The position numbers and the translations under genes were made by a program. Below the pieces are notes generated by a model. That model saw only the letters and a list, made by a program, of their open reading frames with translations, did no database searches and was not told the origin of the DNA. Shown here piece after piece: positions 29,706 through 39,033 of a stretch of 64,000 nucleotides of DNA. How positions within the stretch are numbered: the stretch's first letter is position 1; every line of letters begins with the position of its first letter. The stretch is from Lachnospiraceae bacterium (lineage in GTDB: Bacteria > Bacillota > Clostridia > Lachnospirales > Lachnospiraceae), in contig JAZUIN010000024.1 in NCBI GenBank assembly GCA_045642225.1, positions 28,984 to 92,983 on the forward strand, read 5' to 3'.

Positions 29706-32330
29706 TTACTTTTCGTACGGATTCTTATAGTCATATGTTACTTCAAGAATCTTCTCCATATCTGCAATCATTGGCATACGTGGATTAGCTGGTGTACATT
29801 GATCTTCGTATGCATTCATAGCCATTCTATGCTTAGCTTCATCCCATGCTTCCTTAGTAATATTTTGTGACTTAAAGTTTGTTGCAAGTCCAACCTCTAC
29901 TAGAAGTTTCTCACAAGCATCAGCAAACATTTCAACACCTTCCTTAGTATCCTTTGGATTACATCCAATAAGTCTAGCTAATTCAGTATATTTCTCGTCT
30001 GCTTTGTAATGCTCAATCTTAGGCCATACGTTTAACTTAGTAGGAACAGTTCCATTATATCTAATTACATGTGGAAGTAAAATTCCGTTTGTTCTACCAT
30101 GTGGCACATGGAATTCACCACCAATCTTATGTGCAAGAGAGTGATTCATTCCCAAGAATGCATTTGCAAATGCCATACCTGCAATTGTTGCAGCGTTATG
30201 CATTTTCTCTCTAGCTTCTGGGTCTGCTGCCCCATTCTTAACAGAACGTGGAAGATAATCAAATACCATCTTAACTGCTTGCTTTGCCCAACCATCTGTA
30301 AAGTCACTAGCCAAAATTGAAACGTAAGCTTCAATTGCGTGTGTCAATACATCGATACCTGTATCTGCTGCAATGCTTCCAGGAAGTGTCATTGTAAGTT
30401 CTGGATCTACAATAGCAACTGTTGGTGTCAAAGCATAATCTGTTAGTGGATATTTCTTATTAGCATCTGTATCTGTAATTACCGCAAATGGAGTTACTTC
30501 AGAACCTGTTCCTGATGTTGTAGGAATACAAATCAAGCTTGCTTGCTTTCCTAATTCTGGGAACTTAAATGCTCTCTTTCTAATATCCATAAACTTCTGC
30601 TTAATATCATCAAAGTTTACTTCTGGATGCTCGTACATTAACCACATTACCTTAGCTGAATCCATTGCAGAACCACCGCCAAGAGCAATTATTGTATCAG
30701 GCTTGAAGTTCTTCATGATCTCAAGACCTCTCTTAACTGTATTCAAGCTTGGATCAGGCTCAACCTCACAGAACATCTCGATGTCAACTTGATTTCTTCT
30801 TTCAAGAATTACATTTTCAATCTTAGATACAAAACCTAATTGATACATGCCTCTATCAGTAATAATCATGACACGCTCCATTGTCTTCATATCCTTTAAG
30901 TACTTAATTGCATTACGCTCGAAATATACCTTTGGTGGTAGCTTAATCCATTGCATATTATTATTCCTCCTGCCGATTCTCTTAATATTAAGTAAGTTAA
31001 CTGCGCTTACGTTGTTTGATACTGAATTGTGTCCATAAGATCCACAACCAAGTGTAAGCGAAGGAATAAATTCATTATATACGCCACCGATTCCACCAAA
31101 TGTAGAAGGTGCATTTTCAATAATTCTGCAAGCCTTACAAGCTTTACCAAATTCTAGAATTACAGCATCATCTTGTGAATGAATACATGCTGAATGTCCT
31201 AAACCATTAAACTCTACCATTTCGCTAGCTTTCTTAATTCCGTCTTTGGTATCCTTTGCTTTGAGAATTGCAAGTACTGGACTTAATTTCTCGCGAGTAA
31301 GTGGTTCGTCAACACCAACATGATCACATTCTGCAAGAAGAACTTGTACGTCATCGTCAACCTTGAAACCAGCTTGTTCTGCAATCCAAGCTGCTGACTT
31401 ACCTACAACAATAGGTAATACACCCTTGTCTTTATCTGGGAACATATACTTCTCTAACATCTTCTTCTCTTTGGCATTAACAAGATATGTCTTAAATCTA
31501 GTTATCTCTGCAATAAAGTCATCGTAAATCTCAGCATCTACAATAGCAGCTTGTTCCGATGCACAAATCATACCATTATCAAAAGACTTACTTAATACTA
31601 TATCGTTAACAGCACGTTTAAGTACGCAAGTCTTTTCAACATAAGCAGGCACATTTCCGGCACCTACACCAAGTGCAGGCTTGCCACAGCTATAGGCTGC
31701 TCTAACCATTGCATTTCCACCTGTTGCAAGAATTGTTGCAACTACTTCATGGTTCATCAAAGCATTTGTAGCATACATTGCGCACTCGCCTCTAACCTCT
31801 AACCATTGAATACAATTCTTAGGTGCTCCTGCTGCCTCTGCCGCTTCTCTAATTATCTCTGCTGCCATCTTACTAGACTCATAAGCTGATGGATGGAATG
31901 AGAAAATAATTGGATTACGAGTCTTTAAAGCAATCAACGACTTAAAGATTACAGTTGATGTTGGGTTAGTTGTTGGAATAATTCCGCATACAACACCAAC
32001 CGGTTCTGCAATTTCTCTAATTCCTGTAATTGGATCTTCATTGATAATACCAACTGTCTTAAGATGTCTCATATTACTTGTTACATATTCACAAGCAAAC
32101 AAGTTCTTAACAGCTTTATCTTCAAAAATTCCACGTCCAGTTTCATTTACTGCAGCTTCTGCTAATACTCCATGCTTATCTAATCCAGCAACAGAACACT
32201 TTGCAACAATATAATCTACAGCTTCTTGATCAAGCTTCAAGAATTCATTAAGAGCTGCTGCACCTTTGTCAGTCAACTCTGCTACATGTTTATCTACTAA
32301 TTCATTTGTCCATTCTTTAACTTTCTTCAT
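29706..32330 (-). CDS. adhE: Bifunctional acetaldehyde-CoA / alcohol dehydrogenase
   Basis: 874 aa. N-terminal ALDH domain (catalytic Cys context NGMICASEQ) and a C-terminal Fe-ADH domain (GGGSAMD, His-rich metal site). Confidence 0.95.
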   Translation of the reverse strand: MKKVKEWTNELVDKHVAELTDKGAAALNEFLKLDQEAVDYIVAKCSVAGLDKHGVLAEAAVNETGRGIFEDKAVKNLFACEYVTSNMRHLKTVGIINEDPITGIREIAEPVGVVCGIIPTTNPTSTVIFKSLIALKTRNPIIFSFHPSAYESSKMAAEIIREAAEAAGAPKNCIQWLEVRGECAMYATNALMNHEVVATILATGGNAMVRAAYSCGKPALGVGAGNVPAYVEKTCVLKRAVNDIVLSKSFDNGMICASEQAAIVDAEIYDDFIAEITRFKTYLVNAKEKKMLEKYMFPDKDKGVLPIVVGKSAAWIAEQAGFKVDDDVQVLLAECDHVGVDEPLTREKLSPVLAILKAKDTKDGIKKASEMVEFNGLGHSACIHSQDDAVILEFGKACKACRIIENAPSTFGGIGGVYNEFIPSLTLGCGSYGHNSVSNNVSAVNLLNIKRIGRRNNNMQWIKLPPKVYFERNAIKYLKDMKTMERVMIITDRGMYQLGFVSKIENVILERRNQVDIEMFCEVEPDPSLNTVKRGLEIMKNFKPDTIIALGGGSAMDSAKVMWLMYEHPEVNFDDIKQKFMDIRKRAFKFPELGKQASLICIPTTSGTGSEVTPFAVITDTDANKKYPLTDYALTPTVAIVDPELTMTLPGSIAADTGIDVLTHAIEAYVSILASDFTDGWAKQAVKMVFDYLPRSVKNGAADPEAREKMHNAATIAGMAFANAFLGMNHSLAHKIGGEFHVPHGRTNGILLPHVIRYNGTVPTKLNVWPKIEHYKADEKYTELARLIGCNPKDTKEGVEMFADACEKLLVEVGLATNFKSQNITKEAWDEAKHRMAMNAYEDQCTPANPRMPMIADMEKILEVTYDYKNPYEK

Positions 32331-32517
32331 AATAAATAATCCTCCATTATGTCTCGTTTGTTTATATCAGACATAATAGAGGATTGTTAATTTTTTGTCA
32401 ATCTCATTTTGATACTTTGTTAAAATTTTGTCAAAGTTGTACATTTTCATTTTTCTACTTTTGTATGTGTTGCACAACATGATATTTTACATTTTGTATA
32501 AAATGTATTTGTATTCT

Positions 32518-33798
32518 CTAGATTGCTGCGAAACCTTTCTCCAAATCAGCAACAATATCATCAATATGCTCTGTACCAATTGAAAGTCTAATTGTACTTT
32601 GAGTAATTCCTTGATCTTCTAATTCTTCATCTGTAAGCTGTGAATGTGTTGTACTTGCTGGATGAATCACAAGACTCTTAACATCAGCTACATTTGCAAG
32701 AAGAGAGAATATTTCTAGATTGTCTATAAACTTCCAAGCTTCTTCCTTACCGCCTTTGATTTCAAATGTAAATATACTTGCACCACCGTTAGGGAAGTAT
32801 TTCTTATACAATTCGTGGTCTGGATGATCTTCTAAGGATGGATGATTAACCTTTGCAACCTTTGGATGATTCTTAAGGAATTCTACAACCTTCTTAGTAT
32901 TTTCGGCATGTCTATCAAGACGAAGAGACAATGTCTCTGTTCCTTGAAGTAGTAAGAATGCGTTAAATGGTGAAATTGTAGCGCCTGTGTCACGAAGCAA
33001 AATAGCTCTTATATATGTTACAAATGCTGCTGGACCAACTGCATCATAGAAGCTTACTCCATGGTAACTTGGGTTTGGAGCTGCTATATTGTCATATTTA
33101 CCACTTGCTTTCCAATCAAATTTACCCGATTCAACAATAACGCCTCCTAATGTAGTACCATGTCCACCAATAAACTTTGTTGCAGAATGAACTACAATAT
33201 CTGCACCGTGCTCAATTGGTCTAAAAAGGTAAGGTGTTCCAAATGTATTATCTACAACTACTGGAAGACCTTCAGCGTGTGCTAACTCTACAATTGCGTC
33301 AATATCTGGAATATCTGAGTTAGGATTTCCCAAAGTCTCAAGATATACTGCTCTTGTATTAGGCTTAATTGCTGCCTTAATTTCTTCTAAATTGTGTGCA
33401 TCTACAAATGTAGCTTCGATACCGTATTGTGTTAATGTATGAGCTAACAAATTATAGCTTCCACCATAAATAGTTTTTTGAGCCACGATATGACCACCAT
33501 TAGCTGCTAAAGCTTGAATTGTATATGTGATTGCTGCTGCACCACTTGCAACTGCTAATGCCGCAGAGCCACCTTCTAAAGCTGCTATTCTATCTTCAAA
33601 TACTCCTTGAGTTGAGTTAGTTAATCTTCCGTAAATGTTACCAGCATCAGCAAGACCAAATCTATCTGCCGCGTGTTGTGAATCTCTAAATACATAAGAT
33701 GTTGTCTGATAAATTGGTACTGCTCTAGCATCTGTTGCTGGATCTGGATTTTCTTGTCCTACGTGTAATTGTAATGTCTCAAATTTATAGTTACTCAT
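32518..33798 (-). CDS. metY: O-acetylhomoserine (thiol)-lyase / sulfhydrylase (PLP, Cys/Met metabolism family)
   Basis: N-terminal FETLQLHVGQ and the PLP-lysine context HSATKFIGGHG. Confidence 0.85.
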   Translation of the reverse strand: MSNYKFETLQLHVGQENPDPATDARAVPIYQTTSYVFRDSQHAADRFGLADAGNIYGRLTNSTQGVFEDRIAALEGGSAALAVASGAAAITYTIQALAANGGHIVAQKTIYGGSYNLLAHTLTQYGIEATFVDAHNLEEIKAAIKPNTRAVYLETLGNPNSDIPDIDAIVELAHAEGLPVVVDNTFGTPYLFRPIEHGADIVVHSATKFIGGHGTTLGGVIVESGKFDWKASGKYDNIAAPNPSYHGVSFYDAVGPAAFVTYIRAILLRDTGATISPFNAFLLLQGTETLSLRLDRHAENTKKVVEFLKNHPKVAKVNHPSLEDHPDHELYKKYFPNGGASIFTFEIKGGKEEAWKFIDNLEIFSLLANVADVKSLVIHPASTTHSQLTDEELEDQGITQSTIRLSIGTEHIDDIVADLEKGFAAI

Positions 33799-33838
33799 TT
33801 TTATTTTCCTCCATTAATAAATCATTTCTTTCTAAATT

Positions 33839-34774
33839 CTATTCGCTAAATAATGCTGTTGATAAATATCTATCACCTGAATCTGGTAAAACAACTACAA
33901 TATTTTTACCAGCATTTTCTGGACGTTCTGCTAAAATAGCTGCTGCTTTAAGTGCTGCACCAGACGAAATACCAACTAGCACGCCCTCTGCTCTTGCAAA
34001 AACTCTTCCTTCTGCAAATGCATCTTCATTCTCTATCGTAATAACTTCATCATATACTTTTGTATCAAGTGTATCTGGAACAAATCCTGCACCAATTCCT
34101 TGAATCTTGTGTGGACCAGCTTCGCCCTTAGAAAGTACTGGGCTAGTTGCTGGCTCAACAGCTACAACTTGCACATCTGGATTTTTCTCTTTCAAATATT
34201 CTCCTACACCCGTAACTGTTCCGCCTGTACCTACACCTGCTACGAATATATCAACCTTACCATCTGTTTGCTCCCAAATCTCAGGACCTGTTGTAGCTTT
34301 GTGTACTGCTGGGTTAGCAGGGTTAACAAACTGTCCTAAAATGATAGAATCTTCAATCTCTTTGTTTAATTCGTCTGCTTTAGCAATCGCACCCTTCATA
34401 CCCTTTGCACCATCAGTTAGTACAAGTTCAGCGCCATACGCTTTAAGTAAATTTCTTCTTTCAACTGACATTGTATCTGGCAAAGTAAGAATTGTTTTAT
34501 ATCCTTTTGCTGCTGCAACTGCTGCAAGACCAATTCCTGTGTTACCACTTGTTGGCTCTATAATTGTAGCTCCAGGCTTTAACAAGCCTTTTTCTTCTGC
34601 ATCAAGAATCATTGCATTTGCAACTCTATCCTTAACAGATCCTGCTGGGTTAAGATATTCAAGCTTTGCAAGTATTGTTGCATTTTTGATATCTCTCTTA
34701 CTACTATAATTATTTAACTTCAAAAGTGGTGTTTTACCTATTAACTCAATTGCGCTTTCTTTAATATCTGACAT
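33839..34774 (-). CDS. cysK: Cysteine synthase A (O-acetylserine sulfhydrylase)
   Basis: NPAGSVKDR, the TSGNTG loop and GTGGT motifs. Confidence 0.9.
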   Translation of the reverse strand: MSDIKESAIELIGKTPLLKLNNYSSKRDIKNATILAKLEYLNPAGSVKDRVANAMILDAEEKGLLKPGATIIEPTSGNTGIGLAAVAAAKGYKTILTLPDTMSVERRNLLKAYGAELVLTDGAKGMKGAIAKADELNKEIEDSIILGQFVNPANPAVHKATTGPEIWEQTDGKVDIFVAGVGTGGTVTGVGEYLKEKNPDVQVVAVEPATSPVLSKGEAGPHKIQGIGAGFVPDTLDTKVYDEVITIENEDAFAEGRVFARAEGVLVGISSGAALKAAAILAERPENAGKNIVVVLPDSGDRYLSTALFSE

Positions 34775-34823
34775 TTATATTTCCTCCATCTATTTATTAA
34801 ATATATTATACATAAAATCCTCT

Positions 34824-34883
34824 TTATTTACACATTCGACAACAAGAAGTCATTGTCATCCTTTCATAACAATTATTCATCAT
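34824..34883 (-). CDS. Cys/Met-rich upstream ORF in the cysK-metY leader: M(M)NNCYERMTMTSCCRMCK
   Basis: AAAGGAG (34894..34888) lies 4 and 7 nt upstream of tandem ATGs (34883, 34880). The ORF has 4 Cys and 5 Met among 19 codons and a TAA stop at 34826..34824. It is below the ORF-track cutoff. Confidence 0.45.
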   Translation of the reverse strand: MMNNCYERMTMTSCCRMCK

Positions 34884-34923
34884 CAGTCTCCTTTCGCTTA
34901 CCTTTTCAGTAGGTTATGAACAA

Positions 34924-34952
34924 ATTATAAAATGTCTTCAACAACTTGTCTA
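34924..34952 (-). promoter_or_regulatory. Candidate promoter upstream of the cysK leader and uORF
   Basis: Minus strand: TAGACA, 17 nt spacer, TATAAT. A second possible extended -10 (TGTATAAT, 34812..34805) lies between the uORF and cysK. Confidence 0.4.
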
Positions 34953-34957
34953 TAATC

Positions 34958-35000
34958 TAAAAATTAGAGCTGGTTATAACCTCTACTTATAACCAGCTCT
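34958..35000 (-). terminator. Strong intrinsic terminator after metH
   Basis: AGAGCTGGTTATAA (35000..34987) pairs with TTATAACCAGCTCT (34979..34966). It is followed by AATTTTT on the minus strand. Confidence 0.85.
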
Positions 35001-35004
35001 CTTA

Positions 35005-37422
35005 TTAATCATTTTCAACTTGTTCCATCGAATATCTAACTGTCGCCATAGCATCCTTAGCATAATAATCTGCTCCGATACTATCTGCATATTCTTGAGT
35101 AAGCACTGCTCCTCCAACAACTACCTTTGCCCAAGGTGCATCCTTACGAAGAAGCTTAATAGTTGCTTCCATAGCTGGAACAGTTGTTGTCATTAACGCA
35201 CTCAATCCAACCAATGGCGCTTTGGTTTCTACAACCTTAGCAACTACCTCTTCAGGTGGTACATCCTTACCCAGATCATAAACATCAAATCCATAGTTCT
35301 CCATGATAAGCTTCACTATGTTCTTACCAATATCATGAATATCACCGTGAACTGTTGCGATTACAAATTTACCACGACTTACATTTTCAGTCGAAGATTC
35401 TTGCATCTTATTCTTTATCTGTTCAAATGCAAATTGCGACGCTTCTGCACTCATCAAAAGCTGTGGCAAATACATAGTCTTCTTCTCAAAACCTTTTCCA
35501 ACGATATCAAGCGCCGGAATAATTTGCTCAGTCACTATGTCGAGTGGCTCAACCGTCTTAAGTAGCTCTACTGTAATATTGGCGGCCTGCTCCTTTAATC
35601 CTTTAACTATTGCTCTTTGCAAATCGCTATCAAATTCTTGACTATTACCTTCAGTAGTTGTCGATGCTGAAGCATTTTGTGTTGGTGCAACTGAAATATA
35701 TTTACCAATATTTTCAATATAATCTGTGCAATTATCATCTATTCCATGAAGCGCTCTAAATGAAAAATAACTCTTCATCATCTCAGCAGAATTAGGATTC
35801 ATAATCGCAGCCGACAAACCGTTCTCCATTGCGAGTGAGAAGAACGATGCTGTAATAACATCACGATTTGGCAAACCAAAAGATACATTTGAAACACCAA
35901 GAGATGTATGACATCCAATTTCATTTTTGATGGTATTTAAAGATTGAAGTGTTGCAAGTGCAGCATTACTATCGGCACTAACCGTCATTGCTAATGTATC
36001 AAATATCAAGTCCTTCTTATCAATTCCATACTCCGCCGCTTTTTTAATAATTTTCTTGGCAATTGCTACACGTCCCTCTGCAGTCTCTGGGATTCCGTCT
36101 TCATCTAACGTTAGACACACCACTAAGCCACCGTATTTGTGCACTAATGGAAAAATCTCTTCCATCACTTCTTCTTTGCCATTCACAGAATTAATCATTG
36201 CTTTTCCATTATAACGACGAAGGGCTGCCTCCATAGCAACAGTATCTGTCGTATCAATTTGAAGTGGCAAATCAATAATTGCTTGAAGCTCAAAGGATAC
36301 TGTTTTAAGCATCTCTACTTCATCGATTTCAGGAAGGCCTACATTTACATCAAGCACATGTACGCCTTTTTCTTGTTGTGTCAAGCCTTCTCCTAAAATA
36401 TAATCAATATCATTATTTCTAAGAGCTTCTTTAAACTTTTTCTTACCAGTTGGGTTAATTCTTTCACCTATCAAAATAGGCGAATCCTTAAATTCAACCG
36501 CATGTGTATACGAACTTATAAGTGTTTTATTCTTCTCAGTTATAGGTTGAGGCTTCATATCTTCTGTTTTATCTACAACAGCTTTAATATAATCTGGAGT
36601 AGTGCCACAACAACCACCTGCAATTCGAATTCCTGCCTTCATGTATTCACATACATCATCAGAGAATTCATCTGGGAAAACATCATATACAGTTTTGCCG
36701 TTCTCGCTTCTAGGAAGTCCCGCGTTAGGCTTGAGTAAAACTGGAACTGATGCATATTCAACATATTCTTCTACTACAGACTTAAGCTGCTTTGGTCCTA
36801 ACGAACAGTTTGCACCTATTGCATCTGCATGCATACCTTCGAGCATTGCAACCATAGCTGAAGGCGTTGCTCCTGTCATAAGCTTTCCATCTTCACCATA
36901 AGCATTTGACACAAATACAGGAAGATCACTATTTTCCTTCGCAGCAAGAAGCGCAGCCTTAGTATCTAAGCTGTCATTCATTGTCTCAATGAATATTAAA
37001 TCTACTCCATGCTTTACACCTATTTGCACAGTTTTAGCGTATACTGCTACAGCATCATCAAAAGCAAAATCTCCATATGGCTCTAATAATTTGCCCATTG
37101 GTCCAATATCAAGCGCAACAAATTTCTCTTGTGTTCCTGTACTTAACTCTCTAGCTTTCTTAGCATTATCTATAGCTGCATTAATGATACTAATTAACTC
37201 TTCTTCATCAAATTTAAGAGAGTTTGCACCAAATGTATTTGTACAAATGATATTAGATCCCGCATCATAATATGACTTTTGAATATCGACAATCACATCA
37301 CTATGAGAAATGTTCCACCTCTCAGGAAGCTCTCCTGGCTTAAGACCTTGCTTCTGAAGAAGTGTGCCCATACCGCCATCTAAATATACATAATTTTCTT
37401 TTAAATAATCTAAAACATTCAT
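35005..37422 (-). CDS. metH: Cobalamin-dependent methionine synthase, short form (Hcy S-methyltransferase, pterin-binding and B12-binding domains; no AdoMet activation domain)
   Basis: The Hcy domain has the GGCCGT zinc site. The B12-binding motif is DIHDIGKN (DxHxxG), with SALMTTT. Confidence 0.9.
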   Translation of the reverse strand: MNVLDYLKENYVYLDGGMGTLLQKQGLKPGELPERWNISHSDVIVDIQKSYYDAGSNIICTNTFGANSLKFDEEELISIINAAIDNAKKARELSTGTQEKFVALDIGPMGKLLEPYGDFAFDDAVAVYAKTVQIGVKHGVDLIFIETMNDSLDTKAALLAAKENSDLPVFVSNAYGEDGKLMTGATPSAMVAMLEGMHADAIGANCSLGPKQLKSVVEEYVEYASVPVLLKPNAGLPRSENGKTVYDVFPDEFSDDVCEYMKAGIRIAGGCCGTTPDYIKAVVDKTEDMKPQPITEKNKTLISSYTHAVEFKDSPILIGERINPTGKKKFKEALRNNDIDYILGEGLTQQEKGVHVLDVNVGLPEIDEVEMLKTVSFELQAIIDLPLQIDTTDTVAMEAALRRYNGKAMINSVNGKEEVMEEIFPLVHKYGGLVVCLTLDEDGIPETAEGRVAIAKKIIKKAAEYGIDKKDLIFDTLAMTVSADSNAALATLQSLNTIKNEIGCHTSLGVSNVSFGLPNRDVITASFFSLAMENGLSAAIMNPNSAEMMKSYFSFRALHGIDDNCTDYIENIGKYISVAPTQNASASTTTEGNSQEFDSDLQRAIVKGLKEQAANITVELLKTVEPLDIVTEQIIPALDIVGKGFEKKTMYLPQLLMSAEASQFAFEQIKNKMQESSTENVSRGKFVIATVHGDIHDIGKNIVKLIMENYGFDVYDLGKDVPPEEVVAKVVETKAPLVGLSALMTTTVPAMEATIKLLRKDAPWAKVVVGGAVLTQEYADSIGADYYAKDAMATVRYSMEQVEND

Positions 37423-38114
37423 TATTTTCTGTACTCACAATCTAAATTATCACAGGTGTCACATTTGTGTTCTCTTTGTTTACACACATTTTCACCAACA
37501 CCAAAAATTGCTGTAACTGACTTTGATGGCGACATAAGCAAGCTATCATTAAGTGAAATACCTATTTGCTTACTGCAATCTAATAGTCTAAAAAAATCCT
37601 TTTGTGTATCTATTGGCAAATCACCATATCCCGGAGAAAAGCGTGCGCTGCATTTCTTATTCTCTGCTAACATTTCTTGCTCTATATCTTGGCAAAATTT
37701 ATTACATAAGCATTCTACTCGCTCCGCTCCGTATGCTTGCATAAGCAAAGCTTTAGTAGGTTGAAATCTCTGATACTTAGCTATAAGCCTATCAATTCCT
37801 ATACCTACTGTCGCAGCAAAAATGATGACCTCATCACTCCCTTTTAAGCATTTCGCCAAATTCAGTGACTCTGAATCAAAAGGAAGCTTTGGCATATCTT
37901 CTTTCCAAGAAATATTCATTCTTCGATAACAAACCTTGTAAGAAAATACACCCTTAAGCTCTTCTTTCACTTCTTCTAACAAACTAAGTAACTCAGCATC
38001 TTGTTCACTAGGCAAACCTAAGTATCCTGAATATCTCCAAATCTCATGTTCGTTAATTATTAAATCATCATTTTCTTCATCGTATACATTTACAAAAATT
38101 GTATTTTCATTCAT
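37422..38114 (-). CDS. Stand-alone methionine synthase activation (reactivation) domain protein with a C-terminal Cys cluster
   Basis: The RFSPGYGD motif and overall similarity match the MetH C-terminal activation module. The C-terminus reads CKQREHKCDTCDNLDC. There is a 1 nt overlap with the metH start. Confidence 0.7.
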   Translation of the reverse strand: MNENTIFVNVYDEENDDLIINEHEIWRYSGYLGLPSEQDAELLSLLEEVKEELKGVFSYKVCYRRMNISWKEDMPKLPFDSESLNLAKCLKGSDEVIIFAATVGIGIDRLIAKYQRFQPTKALLMQAYGAERVECLCNKFCQDIEQEMLAENKKCSARFSPGYGDLPIDTQKDFFRLLDCSKQIGISLNDSLLMSPSKSVTAIFGVGENVCKQREHKCDTCDNLDCEYRK

Positions 38115-38119
38115 TAATA

Positions 38120-39007
38120 TTACTCCAAGAAGCTATTTCCTAGAATATCAGAAAGGTTATTATTAATACCCTGAGCAATGCTAGGCTTATTCATTGAATA
38201 CACATGAACATTTGTAATACCATTAGCATATAAATCAATGATTTGGTCTGTAGCATAAGCTATACCTGCTTGACGCATTGCATCTGGATTATTTCCAAAT
38301 TTATCTACCATAGCCTTAAATCTTTGAGGCATAAATGCTCCCGATAATTTAATAGCACGCTCAACTTGATTACCATTAGTAATAGGCATAATACCAGGAA
38401 GAACTGGGACAGTTATTCCCGCTTCACGTATCTTATACAAGAAATTAAAAAACAAATTATTATCAAATACCATCTGTGTTGTCAAAAAGTCAGCTCCCGC
38501 ATCAACCTTTTCCTTAAGATGCTTAATATCTTCTCTCTGGTTCGCGCTTTCTGGATGAACTTCTGGATAACAAGCTGCTCCTATGCAGAAATTGCCATCT
38601 TTCTTCAATTCTTCAATAAGTTCAACGGCATATCTGTAATCCCATTTACTTCTATCTGTCTTCTCTAACTCAGGTGTTAAGTCACCTCTTAAAGCCATAA
38701 CATTTGTGATGCCTGCTGCCTTCATATCTGCAATGCGTTGTGCAACAGTTTCTTTATCGGAAGAAACACATGTTAAATGTGCAAGCATTGGCACATCATA
38801 TTTCTCCTTGATATTTTTTGCAACAGCCAAAGTATATTCACTTGTACCACCGCCGGCTCCATACGTCACACTCATAAAAGCTGGATTAAGCGCTGCGATA
38901 TCCTCCGTTGCCTTCTTTACACTATCAAATGAAGTCTCCTGCTTTGGTGGAAATACTTCATAAGACAATGACATTTTCTCATCATTTAAAATGTCGACTA
39001 TTCTCAT
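38120..39007 (-). CDS. metF: 5,10-methylenetetrahydrofolate reductase
   Basis: Begins SLSYEVFPPK, followed by SVTYGAGG, LTCV and ALRGD motifs. Confidence 0.9.
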   Translation of the reverse strand: MRIVDILNDEKMSLSYEVFPPKQETSFDSVKKATEDIAALNPAFMSVTYGAGGGTSEYTLAVAKNIKEKYDVPMLAHLTCVSSDKETVAQRIADMKAAGITNVMALRGDLTPELEKTDRSKWDYRYAVELIEELKKDGNFCIGAACYPEVHPESANQREDIKHLKEKVDAGADFLTTQMVFDNNLFFNFLYKIREAGITVPVLPGIMPITNGNQVERAIKLSGAFMPQRFKAMVDKFGNNPDAMRQAGIAYATDQIIDLYANGITNVHVYSMNKPSIAQGINNNLSDILGNSFLE

Positions 39008-39033
39008 CGCTACTCCTTTGCCTCATATAATAA

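Noticed and set aside
32417-32434. TTGTTAAAATTTTGTCAA upstream of adhE as a Rex (redox repressor) operator
   Set aside because: The left half-site matches TTGTTAA. The right half is TTGTCAA rather than TTAACAA, so the element is closer to a direct repeat than to the required palindrome. This is too weak to call without a position-weight-matrix scan and comparative data.
34107-34709. Long antisense 'shadow' ORFs. These are 34107..34709 opposite cysK, 39293..39877 and 40259..40918 opposite copA, 21665..22111 opposite panB, 61628..62266 opposite the ligase and PlsC genes, and 36602..36901 and 36989..37270 opposite metH.
   Set aside because: Each lies entirely inside a strongly conserved gene on the other strand. 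They have Ser/Pro/Ala/Ile-rich low-complexity translations and lack ribosome-binding sites. These are typical frame -1/-3 shadows.
34775-35004. An S-box (SAM-I) or Cys/Met T-box riboswitch in the cysK-metY leader
   Set aside because: No S-box core was found (no GGGA...GCCC-type four-way junction or conserved AGAGGGA/GCAACC elements). No T-box sequence or specifier-loop architecture was found either. Only the small Cys/Met-rich ORF stands out.
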